A stretch of 64,000 nt of DNA from Asaia bogorensis. GTDB lineage: Bacteria > Pseudomonadota > Alphaproteobacteria > CACIAM-22H2. Positions 38,089 to 46,545 of the stretch are shown here, one piece after another (the stretch's first letter is position 1; every line of letters begins with the position of its first letter). The stretch covers positions 764-64,763 of the forward strand of contig CAMDLT010000021.1 of NCBI GenBank assembly GCA_945901855.1, written 5' to 3'. The notes beneath the pieces were generated by a model. The model ran no database searches. It saw only the letters and a list, made by a program, of their open reading frames with translations, and had not been told where the DNA came from. A program made the translations under genes and the position numbers.

Positions 38089-38796
38089 CTATCTGTCGTC
38101 GCGGGCGAGCTGTTTGTGCTCCATGGCGCCGTAGGCTTTGCCGTAATGCGCTTCGATGCGGCGCTGCACGAAATCCCAGCACGTGGTCATCGACAGATAG
38201 AGAATGGCCACGACCATAAACACTTCGAGCACTTCGAAGCGCTGCTGCATCAGAATTTGGCCGCGCCGCAGCAGCTCTTCCATCGAAATGACCGACGCGA
38301 TCGACGTCGCCTTGAGCAGGCCGTTGACCGAGTTGCCGAGCGGCGGAATGATCACGCGCAGCGCCTGCGGGAAAACCACCTTGCTGAAGATATGCAAGGG
38401 TCGAAGGCCGAGCGAGCGCGCAGCCTCCGTCTGGCCCTTGGCGACCGACAGGATGCCGCCGCGCAAAATCTCCGACAGATACGCCGCCTCGTTGAGCGCA
38501 AGGCCGATCAGCGCCGATTCGAGCACGCTCAAGCGCACGAGCCCCAATTGCGGCAGACCGGTATAGATGATGATGAGCTGGACCAGCAGCGGCGTGCCGC
38601 GAAAGATCCAGATATAGGTCTGCGCCGCGCGGTCGAGCCATTTGGATTTCGACATGCGCATGGCCGCAAGGCCGAGCCCGAGCAGAAATCCGAACACCAG
38701 CGTGTTGGCGGTCAGCGCCAACGTCCACAACGCGCCTTCGAGCAGATACGGGTTGAGGAAATAGGTCCAAAACCCGTCCCAGTTCCAAACTTTCAT
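38089..38796 (-). CDS. Polar amino-acid ABC transporter permease (HisM/HisQ family)
   Basis: BPD_transp_1 with the EAA loop GQTEAARSLGLRPLHIFSKVVFPQA, 235 aa. Confidence 0.85.
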   Translation of the reverse strand: MKVWNWDGFWTYFLNPYLLEGALWTLALTANTLVFGFLLGLGLAAMRMSKSKWLDRAAQTYIWIFRGTPLLVQLIIIYTGLPQLGLVRLSVLESALIGLALNEAAYLSEILRGGILSVAKGQTEAARSLGLRPLHIFSKVVFPQALRVIIPPLGNSVNGLLKATSIASVISMEELLRRGQILMQQRFEVLEVFMVVAILYLSMTTCWDFVQRRIEAHYGKAYGAMEHKQLARDDR

Positions 38797-38830
38797 CGGT
38801 CTATCCTCTGGGACGGGTCGCTGGCGTTTC

Positions 38831-39697
38831 TCAGACCGGTCCCGGACCGTTGATCGAGAAGGTCGACTCGGGCATTTTCAGCACGCCATAGCGGTCGAAC
38901 AGCGTGTCGTAATACCCGTCTTTCTTGAGGTCGTTGAGCGCGCCGACCACGGCTTCGGCAAGCGTTTTGTTGGCGAACGCGAATGTCGCGGTCTGCGGGA
39001 ACACGCCGCTGACCGCGCGCGTGAAGTCGCCGCGCTGCTGCATGAACATCGCCGTCGCATCGATGCTGGTTGCGGCATCGACTTGGCCCGCGCGCAGCGC
39101 CTGGAAAGCTTCGGCGAAATTGTTGAAAGTACGCACTTCGACCGGACGCAAGCCTTCCTTGACCAGAATTTCGCTGACCTCGCGCGTGCGGCGCTCTTCG
39201 ATGCCGCCCAGCTCCACCGAGACGCGGCGCCCGGCCAGATCCTGAATCTTGGAAATGCCAAGAGGATTGCCGCGCGCGGCCAGGAAGCTGACGGCGGCCT
39301 GTTCGTAAGGCACCATGTACATCAGCTTCGAGCGTTCTTCGGTCCAGAAGATGCCGGTGTTGATCATGTCCCAACGCTTGGCCGCAAGGCCCGGCACCAT
39401 CGCCGCAAATTCGATGCGCACATATTCGGGCGTCAGGCCCAAACGCTTGGCGATTTCATTGCCGAGTTCCACGCGCATGCCCTGCAGCTGGCCGCGATCG
39501 TCGACGAATTGCAGCGGCGGCAGGGTCGGGTTGATCGACATGACCAGCGTACCGGCCTTGATGATGTTGGGCGGGGCGATTTTCGCCTGCGCCTTGGCAA
39601 GCTTGGGAAGGGCTGCAAGCGTGGCGGCTGCAGCACCTGCGGCGATCAGGCTGCGGCGGTCGAGAGCGACGGCGCCGAATTTGGATTTTTTGGACAT
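38831..39697 (-). CDS. Polar amino-acid ABC transporter substrate-binding protein (SBP family 3)
   Basis: Tat-like signal DRRSLIAAGAAAATLAALPKLAKAQA and an SBP_bac_3 body. Confidence 0.85.
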   Translation of the reverse strand: MSKKSKFGAVALDRRSLIAAGAAAATLAALPKLAKAQAKIAPPNIIKAGTLVMSINPTLPPLQFVDDRGQLQGMRVELGNEIAKRLGLTPEYVRIEFAAMVPGLAAKRWDMINTGIFWTEERSKLMYMVPYEQAAVSFLAARGNPLGISKIQDLAGRRVSVELGGIEERRTREVSEILVKEGLRPVEVRTFNNFAEAFQALRAGQVDAATSIDATAMFMQQRGDFTRAVSGVFPQTATFAFANKTLAEAVVGALNDLKKDGYYDTLFDRYGVLKMPESTFSINGPGPV

Positions 39698-39738
39698 CTT
39701 TGGTCTCCCCTTGAGTGGCGAACGGAATGAAAGCGATT

Positions 39739-39774
39739 CAGGTGAAATTCCAGGTGAAATTCCAGGTGCAATTC
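39739..39774. repeat. Three tandem 12-bp direct repeats (CAGGTGAAATTC x2, CAGGTGCAATTC) in the promoter region of the amino-acid SBP gene
   Basis: Read directly from 39739-39774. It lies 42-77 bp upstream of the SBP start on the minus strand, between the DapA-family stop and the SBP start. Confidence 0.7.
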
Positions 39775-39788
39775 GGGCGCCAACTCGC

Positions 39789-40679
39789 TCAGGGCGCGAC
39801 GAGTCCGAGCGCGGCGAGGTCTTTGCGCAAAATTTCGGCGTCGCTTGCGACCAGCGGCAAACGCGGCGGGCGCGGCGGGCCCACCGGGCGGCCCATCATG
39901 TTGAAACCGGCCTTGGTTGCCGACACGTAGCGCTGCCCGCCGACCCAGCGCACGATCGGCAGAATTTTTTTGTAGAGCGCCAAGGCGGCCGGCTGGTCGC
40001 GCTGGTCGGCGACGAGTTCGAACAGCTTTGCGGAATCTTTGGGCAACAGGTTCGAGCACACGGCAACCCATCCTTGCGCGCCGAGCCAGAACGATTCGTA
40101 GCCCAAAATGCCCGCAAACACGGTCATTTTGTCGCCGCACAGCTCGATAATGTCGCGCACCCGCGTGACTTCGAGCGTCGATTCCTTGATGTAGCGCACA
40201 TTGTCGATGGCCGACAGGCGCTTGACCGTTTCGGGCCGCATGTCGACATTGGCGGTCGCGGGGTTGTTGTAGATCATGATCGGAATGCCGATCGACTCGC
40301 CGATGCGTTTGTAGTGCTGGAACAGCTCGTCCTCGGTCGGCGTCGAATAGAAAGGCGGGATGATTATCACGCCGTCGGCGCCCAACTTTTCGGCGCGCTT
40401 GGAAAGCCGTACCGATTCGAGCGTGTTTTCGGCCCCCGTCCCAATCAGCACGGGCACGCGCCCGCGCGCGGCCTTGATCGCGGTCGCTGCAACCGCTTCG
40501 GCTTCCGCGTCGGTGAGCGACAAAAATTCGCCCGTCGAGCCCAGCGGGATAAGCCCGTGGATGCCCTCTTTGATTTGCCAATCGACCAGATCGGCCAGTG
40601 CCGCGAAATCGACCGCGCTGCCGTCCTCGGTGAACGGCGTGATCAAAACGGTATAGGTACCCCGGAACGGCTTCGACAT
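39789..40679 (-). CDS. DapA / dihydrodipicolinate synthase family lyase (DHDPS-like aldolase or deaminase)
   Basis: TPFTEDGSAVDF...GIHGLIPLGSTGE...YNNP with a Schiff-base lysine region, 296 aa. Confidence 0.8.
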   Translation of the reverse strand: MSKPFRGTYTVLITPFTEDGSAVDFAALADLVDWQIKEGIHGLIPLGSTGEFLSLTDAEAEAVAATAIKAARGRVPVLIGTGAENTLESVRLSKRAEKLGADGVIIIPPFYSTPTEDELFQHYKRIGESIGIPIMIYNNPATANVDMRPETVKRLSAIDNVRYIKESTLEVTRVRDIIELCGDKMTVFAGILGYESFWLGAQGWVAVCSNLLPKDSAKLFELVADQRDQPAALALYKKILPIVRWVGGQRYVSATKAGFNMMGRPVGPPRPPRLPLVASDAEILRKDLAALGLVAP

Positions 40680-40753
40680 TTTTCAATCCAACTGTATGAT
40701 CTTGTAGATCAATATTGGCGCTTGATGGGCACCTTGCGCAAGAGCGGGATTGT

Positions 40754-41776
40754 ATGGCCGATATAACCACGGTTTTGGGACCCGTTCCGGCCGACGCGCT
40801 GGGGCTGATCCTGCCGCACGAGCATATTCTGTGCGATCTGACGCCGCTCGATCTGCGCAACCCCGCGATCGCCGACACGCCGCTTTCGCTCGGCAACGCG
40901 CATGCGGTCGCCTATCGGCCCAACGATCACAAAGGCAACCACCGCCTGACCCAGATCGCGGTCGCGCACGGCGAACTGGCCGCGTTCAAACAAGCGGGCG
41001 GCAGCACGATTTTCGAACTCTCGACGATCGGCATTGCGCCCGATCCGGCAGGTTTGGCGGAACTTTCGCGCGCAACGGGCGTTGCGATCGTCGCGGGGGC
41101 CGGTTTCTACACCGCCCCCTTTATCGATGCCGAGATCCGCGAACGCGACGTCGCGTGGCTCGCCGACCAAATCGCCACGCAAATTCATGTCGGCATGAAC
41201 GGCACCGATATCAAAGCCGGAATCATCGGCGAGGTTGGTTGCAGCTGGCCGTTGGCAGATTTCGAGCGCAAATCGCTGGCGGCAAGCGCCATCGCCCAGC
41301 GCGGCACCGGACTTGCGATCAACATCCATCCCGGCCGCGATCCGCAAGCCCCGCACGAGATTTTGGATATCCTGGAGCGTGCGGGCGCCGATCCCGCGCG
41401 CGTGGCGTTCAGCCATATCGACCGGACCTATTTCGACTATCCGGCGATTGCGGCACTGGCCGCGCGCGGCTGCTGGATCGAGTTCGATTTTTTCGGCATC
41501 GAGACCTCGAACTACTGGATGGGCGTGGCCGACCTGCCGACCGACTGGATGCGCTTGCGCTATATCCGCCAGCTGATCGGCGACGGGTTCGGCAAGCGCG
41601 TCTTGCTCTCGCACGACATTTGCACGCGCTCGCGTCTGGCGGCCTATGGCGGCCACGGCTACGCGCATCTGCCCGCCAACGTGCCGGGCCTGATGCGCGA
41701 CCGGGGTTTTGGCGACGGCGAAATCGCGATGCTGATGTGCGACAATCCGCGCCGCTTTGTAACGGGAGAAGATTGA
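40754..41776 (+). CDS. Phosphotriesterase (PTE) family amidohydrolase
   Basis: ATG at 40754. LILPHEHILCDL (HxH metal site) and later His/Asp ligands, with TIM-barrel length. Confidence 0.75.
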   Translation: MADITTVLGPVPADALGLILPHEHILCDLTPLDLRNPAIADTPLSLGNAHAVAYRPNDHKGNHRLTQIAVAHGELAAFKQAGGSTIFELSTIGIAPDPAGLAELSRATGVAIVAGAGFYTAPFIDAEIRERDVAWLADQIATQIHVGMNGTDIKAGIIGEVGCSWPLADFERKSLAASAIAQRGTGLAINIHPGRDPQAPHEILDILERAGADPARVAFSHIDRTYFDYPAIAALAARGCWIEFDFFGIETSNYWMGVADLPTDWMRLRYIRQLIGDGFGKRVLLSHDICTRSRLAAYGGHGYAHLPANVPGLMRDRGFGDGEIAMLMCDNPRRFVTGED

Positions 41777-41777
41777 G

Positions 41778-42659
41778 ATGGCGGGCGAACCGATTCTTTA
41801 CTGCAACGGCGCCTATGTGCCCGAAAGCCAGGCGCGGCTGTCGGCGTTCGATTTGGGCGTGCAGTTCGGCGACGGCGTGTACGAGGTGGTGTCGGCCTGG
41901 AAGGGCCTCGTCTTCCAGCTCGACGCGCATATCGCCCGCTTGAGCGATACGCTGCACGCCGCGCGCATCGATACCGGCATCGATGCGGCGGGCTGGCGCG
42001 ACATCGTGTGCGAAACCGCGCGGCGCAACGGCCTCGCCGATGCCGCGATCAAAATCATCGTCACGCGCGGCCTGCTCGCCCCCGGCAACGGCGATCCGCG
42101 CGCGGCAACGCCCAGCGTGCGCGCATTTGCCACGCCCTATGCGCATCTGGGCTCGGCCGAGCAGCGCGCGGGCGGCATTCGTCTGCAGATCGGCCACCAG
42201 CGCGGCATGTCGCCCGATACGCTGGACCCGCGCTACAAACATACGGCGCGCCTGCAATACCAGCTCGCCAAGATCGAAGCGCTCGATTCGGGCTACGACG
42301 ACGTGGTGTGGCTGTCGGCGCAAGGCTTTGTCGAGGAAGCGCCGCGTTCGAATATTTTTCTGGCGAAAAACGGCGTGTTGCGCACGCCCGCCTTGGGCGT
42401 GCTGCACGGCATCACGAGGCGCACGTTTTTCGAACTTGCCGCAGAACTGCGCATTCCCGTCGAGGAAGGTGCAGTGACCGCGTTCGATCTGTTTGTCGCC
42501 GACGAGGTTTTTACCTGCTCGACCTCGGGGGCGGCGCTTGGCGTGCGCGAAGTGGCGGGACGCCGGATTCGCGGCGGCGCGCCGGGGCCGCTGACGGACA
42601 AGCTCAACGCGCTCTATTGGCAAAAACGCGAAGCGGGCTGGCACGGGACAAAGCTTTGA
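41778..42659 (+). CDS. Class IV aminotransferase (branched-chain / D-amino-acid aminotransferase family)
   Basis: PLP fold-type IV features (GDGVYEV..., ...EAPRSNIF...), 293 aa. Confidence 0.8.
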   Translation: MAGEPILYCNGAYVPESQARLSAFDLGVQFGDGVYEVVSAWKGLVFQLDAHIARLSDTLHAARIDTGIDAAGWRDIVCETARRNGLADAAIKIIVTRGLLAPGNGDPRAATPSVRAFATPYAHLGSAEQRAGGIRLQIGHQRGMSPDTLDPRYKHTARLQYQLAKIEALDSGYDDVVWLSAQGFVEEAPRSNIFLAKNGVLRTPALGVLHGITRRTFFELAAELRIPVEEGAVTAFDLFVADEVFTCSTSGAALGVREVAGRRIRGGAPGPLTDKLNALYWQKREAGWHGTKL

Positions 42660-45571
42660 CGCGCCGCCTCGACAGCAGCCGCGTGCGCCGCGTCGGCGCA
42701 ACGCAACGCATCCGGTTCGACGGGCGCGAGATCGAAGCGCTGGCAGGCGAAAGCGTCGCCGCTGCGTTGGCGGCCGCGGGCATTCGCACGCTGCGCAAGA
42801 CGCGCTTGGGCGCGCCGCGCGGCGTGTGGTGCGGCATGGGCGCATGTTTCGAATGCGTCGTCGCCATCGACGGCAAACCCGAGCAGCGCGCGTGCCTGGC
42901 CAAAGTCGAAGACGGCATGGACATACGCTCGGCCGCGCCCGACACGCCCGCAGCGCTGGCGCCTGCGCCGACAAGCGCACCCGAACGGCGCCAGGTCGAT
43001 GTGCTGGTGATCGGCGGCGGGCCGGCCGGCTTGCACGCGGCGCGCGTTGCGGGCGAAGCGGGCTTGCGCGTGGTGCTGCTCGACGAGCGCCCGGCCCCCG
43101 GCGGCCAGTATTTCAAACCGCTGGGACCCTCGCACGCTTTTGCGGCAGGCGGGGCCGACAAACAGTTTCTGGCCGGCGCCGCGCTTGTCGCAGCGACGCT
43201 TGCGGCGGGCGTTACGATCTTCAGCGGGGCCGTCGTGTGGGCCGCGTTTTCGGCGGACGAAATCGGCGCGCTGATCGACGGGCGCTCGATGCTGTTCGCC
43301 GCCAAGAACATCGTCGTCGCGGCGGGCGCGTACGAGCGGCCTGTCCCCATGCCGGGCTGGACCTTGCCGGGCGTTTCGACCACGGGTGCCGCCCAAACGC
43401 TTGCCCGCAGCTATCGCGTGGCGCCGGGTCTGCGCACCATCGTTGCGGGCAACGGACCGCTCAATCTGCAAACCGCGCTGGAGCTGGTCGAGGGCGGCGC
43501 CCGCGTCGTCGCGGTCGTCGAAAGCGCGCCGCGTCCGGGTTTGTCGCGCCTGCGCGATGCGTGGCGTTTGGCGATGGCCGCCCCCGACCTTGCCGTCGAC
43601 GGCATCGCGATGCTGCGCAAACTTGCCGCCGCCAACGTGCCGATCTTGTGGGGCCGCACGGCGCTCGCGGCCGAGGCCGACGCCAACGGCGAGTTTTCGG
43701 CGCTTGTGCTCGACGACGGCACCCGTCTTGCGGGCGAAGCGCTGGCGCTTGGATATGGCTTTGCGCCGTCCAGCGAAATCGCGCGCCAATTGGGCGTCGC
43801 ACATCGTTTTGTCGATCGCCATGTCGGCTATCTTGCCGCGATTGCCGACGACGACGGCAGCTGCAACGTGCCGCATGTCCATGTCGTGGGCGACGGCGCC
43901 GAGATCGGCGGATCGCGCATCGCGGCCGCACGCGGCATTTTGGCGGGCGCGGCGATCGCAGGCCACGCAGCGCCGCCCGAAACCGTGCGCGAATTGGCGC
44001 GCGCGCGTCGTTTCCAAGAAGCGCTGTGGCGGCTGTATGCGCAAGCGCCCTTCGATGCCGCGTCGCTTGCCGACAGCACGACCGTATGCCGCTGCGAAGA
44101 CGTGAACGCGGGTGCCGTGCGCGCCTGCCTCGATGCGGGTTCGGCGTCGCTTGGCGCCATCAAGCGCCATACGCGCGCGGGCATGGGGCGCTGCCAAGGG
44201 CGCAATTGCGCGGCAACGCTTGCGCGCTTGGTACAAAGCCGCACGGGCGCGCTGCCCGGCGAATACGATTTTTTCGCGCCCCGCGTGCCCGCCAAGCCCG
44301 TGCCGGTCGCAGCCCTTGCCGTCGAGCAGGGCGAATGGGGCGGCCACAAACAAGTCGAAGCGCCGTTGCCGATCGTCGCGCGCACCAGGCTTGCGCACGC
44401 GCAAGAAAAGCGCGCGCGCAGCTGCGACGTGCTGGTGATCGGCGGCGGCGTTTTGGGCGCGTCGTGCGCGCTGGGCCTTGCCAAAGCGGGCGTCGATGTC
44501 GTCGTGGCCGAACGCGACGAGCCCAATTTGCAGGCGTCCGGCGCCAATGCCGGCAGCTTGCATGTGCAGCTGTTGTCGTTCGATTTCGGCGCCAAGGCGC
44601 AAGCGGGCGGCGGGCCTGCCGCACAGACATTGGTGTTGGGCCCGGCCGCGATCGCGCTCTGGCGCCAGATCGAACGCGACTGGGGCCGGGATCTGGAGAT
44701 CCGCACGACCGGCGGTTTGATGGTTGCCGAAACCGACAAGGACATGGCGTTTCTGGCAGCCAAGGTCGCGCTCGAAAAATCCTACGGCATCGAGTGCGAG
44801 GTGATCGGCGCGAACGAGCTGCGCGCCCTCGCGCCCGCTTTGTCGCAACGATTGATCGGCGCCGCCTATTGCCCGAGCGAGGGCAAGATCAATCCCGCCA
44901 TCGCGACCTACGCGGTGGTCGGACTTGCCGAGCGGCACGGCGCGCGTTTCGAAAACGGCACGCAGGTCGAATCGATCGCGCGCGTGCCCGGCGGTTTTCG
45001 CGTGGTCGCGTCGAACGGCACGATCGACTGCAAGCGCATCGTCAATGCGGCCGGCCCTTGGAGCGCGCGCATCGGCGCCATGCTGGGCATCGACGTGCCG
45101 GTCAAGGGCGCGCCCTTGCAGATTGTGGTCACCACCCCCGGCCCCAAGATCGTCGCGCAATTGATCGCGCATGCCGACCGGCATCTGACGCTGAAGCAAG
45201 CCGACACCGGCGGCTTCATCGTGGGCGGCGGCTGGACGGCCGCATCCGACCCCGCCACGGGCCTGCCGCGCGTGCTGCGCGGATCGATGGAAGGAAATCT
45301 GTGGGTGGCGCGACGCGTTATTCCCGCCCTCGATGGCTGCAACGTGCTGCGCGGCTGGGCGGCGATGAACGTCAATCTGGACGGCGCGCCGCTGGTGGGC
45401 GAGGTCCCCGGCGAGCCGGGATTTTTCAACGCCGTCACATCGAACGGCTACACGCTCGGCCCCATCGTCGGGCAGATGACGGCCGATCTGATGTGCGGCC
45501 GCGATCCCGGATTCGACGTTACGCCGTTTTCGATCCGGCGTTTCGGCGCTGGAGCAGGGCCAGCAAACTGA
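42656..45571 (+). CDS. Three-domain fused oxidoreductase: N-terminal [2Fe-2S] HcnA/OoxA-like domain, then an FAD/NAD pyridine-nucleotide-disulfide oxidoreductase with a BFD-like [2Fe-2S] (HcnB/OoxA-like), then an FAD-dependent DAO-type oxidase (HcnC/OoxB-like)
   Basis: Single open frame. Probable TTG start at 42656 overlapping the upstream stop, with an alternative GTG at 42683; there is no in-frame ATG before the first domain. Motifs, in order: CGMGACFECVV; DVLVIGGGPAGLHAARVAGEAGLRVVLLDE; BFD-like TVCRCEDVNAGAVRACLDAGSASLGAIKRHTRAGMGRCQGRNC; CDVLVIGGGVLGASCALGLAKAGVDVVVAE. About 970 aa. Confidence 0.7.
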   Translation: MTRRLDSSRVRRVGATQRIRFDGREIEALAGESVAAALAAAGIRTLRKTRLGAPRGVWCGMGACFECVVAIDGKPEQRACLAKVEDGMDIRSAAPDTPAALAPAPTSAPERRQVDVLVIGGGPAGLHAARVAGEAGLRVVLLDERPAPGGQYFKPLGPSHAFAAGGADKQFLAGAALVAATLAAGVTIFSGAVVWAAFSADEIGALIDGRSMLFAAKNIVVAAGAYERPVPMPGWTLPGVSTTGAAQTLARSYRVAPGLRTIVAGNGPLNLQTALELVEGGARVVAVVESAPRPGLSRLRDAWRLAMAAPDLAVDGIAMLRKLAAANVPILWGRTALAAEADANGEFSALVLDDGTRLAGEALALGYGFAPSSEIARQLGVAHRFVDRHVGYLAAIADDDGSCNVPHVHVVGDGAEIGGSRIAAARGILAGAAIAGHAAPPETVRELARARRFQEALWRLYAQAPFDAASLADSTTVCRCEDVNAGAVRACLDAGSASLGAIKRHTRAGMGRCQGRNCAATLARLVQSRTGALPGEYDFFAPRVPAKPVPVAALAVEQGEWGGHKQVEAPLPIVARTRLAHAQEKRARSCDVLVIGGGVLGASCALGLAKAGVDVVVAERDEPNLQASGANAGSLHVQLLSFDFGAKAQAGGGPAAQTLVLGPAAIALWRQIERDWGRDLEIRTTGGLMVAETDKDMAFLAAKVALEKSYGIECEVIGANELRALAPALSQRLIGAAYCPSEGKINPAIATYAVVGLAERHGARFENGTQVESIARVPGGFRVVASNGTIDCKRIVNAAGPWSARIGAMLGIDVPVKGAPLQIVVTTPGPKIVAQLIAHADRHLTLKQADTGGFIVGGGWTAASDPATGLPRVLRGSMEGNLWVARRVIPALDGCNVLRGWAAMNVNLDGAPLVGEVPGEPGFFNAVTSNGYTLGPIVGQMTADLMCGRDPGFDVTPFSIRRFGAGAGPAN

Positions 45572-46268
45572 ACGTCGAATAATCGACCGGATCGCCGCCG
45601 GGGCCGACCGCACGCCCGTCGATGCGCAGGCGGCACGCGCCCGGATCGGCGTCGAAATCCAGCTCGTGCTGCGTCGCGTCGGTCGCGGGATCGGCGATCA
45701 GCTGAAGTTCCGTGCGATCGAGCCCGAGACCCGCCAGCGCCGCGCCGACCGCGACGTTCAGGTTGTGCGGAAACAAGCGCGCCACCGCGCGCGCCGAGCC
45801 TTCGAAAAATACGCGCCGTTCGGCGATGGCGCCAAGATCGGCCAACGCCACCGCGGGCGTTCGCGCCCACATCGCGGGCGATTTGATCTGGCGATAGACG
45901 ACGCGCTTAAGTCCGCCCAGGCGCGCCGCACGCAAAATTTCCAGCGTGCCGAGGGCGCCCGGCGGCATATCGAGTTTGCCGGGGCCCGCTTCCAGCAATC
46001 GCCGCTCGGTCTGCGGATCGCAGAACGCCGTCAGCGACAGCGGCGCAAGGTCGATCCCCGCCGCCAAAATGCGCGGCCCCCAATCGCCCAGCGTTTGGGG
46101 CGACGCGCATTCGACGACGATGTCGGGTCGCAAGGCCAGCAGCGCGGCAAAATCGCGCGCCGGGGCGCCGACGAACAGCGGGCCTGCGGCATCGCGTTGG
46201 AGCAGATCGCAGAGGCGCGTGCCGATCCGCCCGAGCCCGACAATGGCAACGCGCAACCGGCCGTTCAT
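45519..46268 (-). CDS. Aspartate dehydrogenase domain-containing protein (NadX-like)
   Basis: ATG at 46268 (MNGRLRVAIVGLGRIGTRL...), Rossmann N-terminus, about 249 aa. Its 3' end overlaps the 3' end of the fusion oxidase by 53 bp on the opposite strand. Confidence 0.65.
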   Translation of the reverse strand: MNGRLRVAIVGLGRIGTRLCDLLQRDAAGPLFVGAPARDFAALLALRPDIVVECASPQTLGDWGPRILAAGIDLAPLSLTAFCDPQTERRLLEAGPGKLDMPPGALGTLEILRAARLGGLKRVVYRQIKSPAMWARTPAVALADLGAIAERRVFFEGSARAVARLFPHNLNVAVGAALAGLGLDRTELQLIADPATDATQHELDFDADPGACRLRIDGRAVGPGGDPVDYSTFSLLALLQRRNAGSKTA

Positions 46269-46545
46269 GGCCGTTGCGACGTCGGCAGCACAAGCGCCAG
46301 GCGCTTGCTGAGGCGCGCATTGTCCGCAAACGCAGGCGGCGCAAAATTTGCGGCGATCCGGAACGGCCAAAAAAATACGCGCATGCAAACACCTTGATGC
46401 TGGAACTTTTCGCGCTCGACGGTAAGGCAGTGCATGTCGATTCGCCAACAGGCGATTCGCGCGGCAATTCCCTAGATCGGCTGTAAGGTTTGTCCTAGTC
46501 TCGATTCAAATCGACGGCCTCAGCACTTTCGAACGGACCGCACGC

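Noticed and set aside
42614-45613. 999-aa minus-strand ORF
   Set aside because: It is antisense to the fused oxidase gene and has no domain signature. The plus-strand product has clear FAD and [2Fe-2S] motifs.
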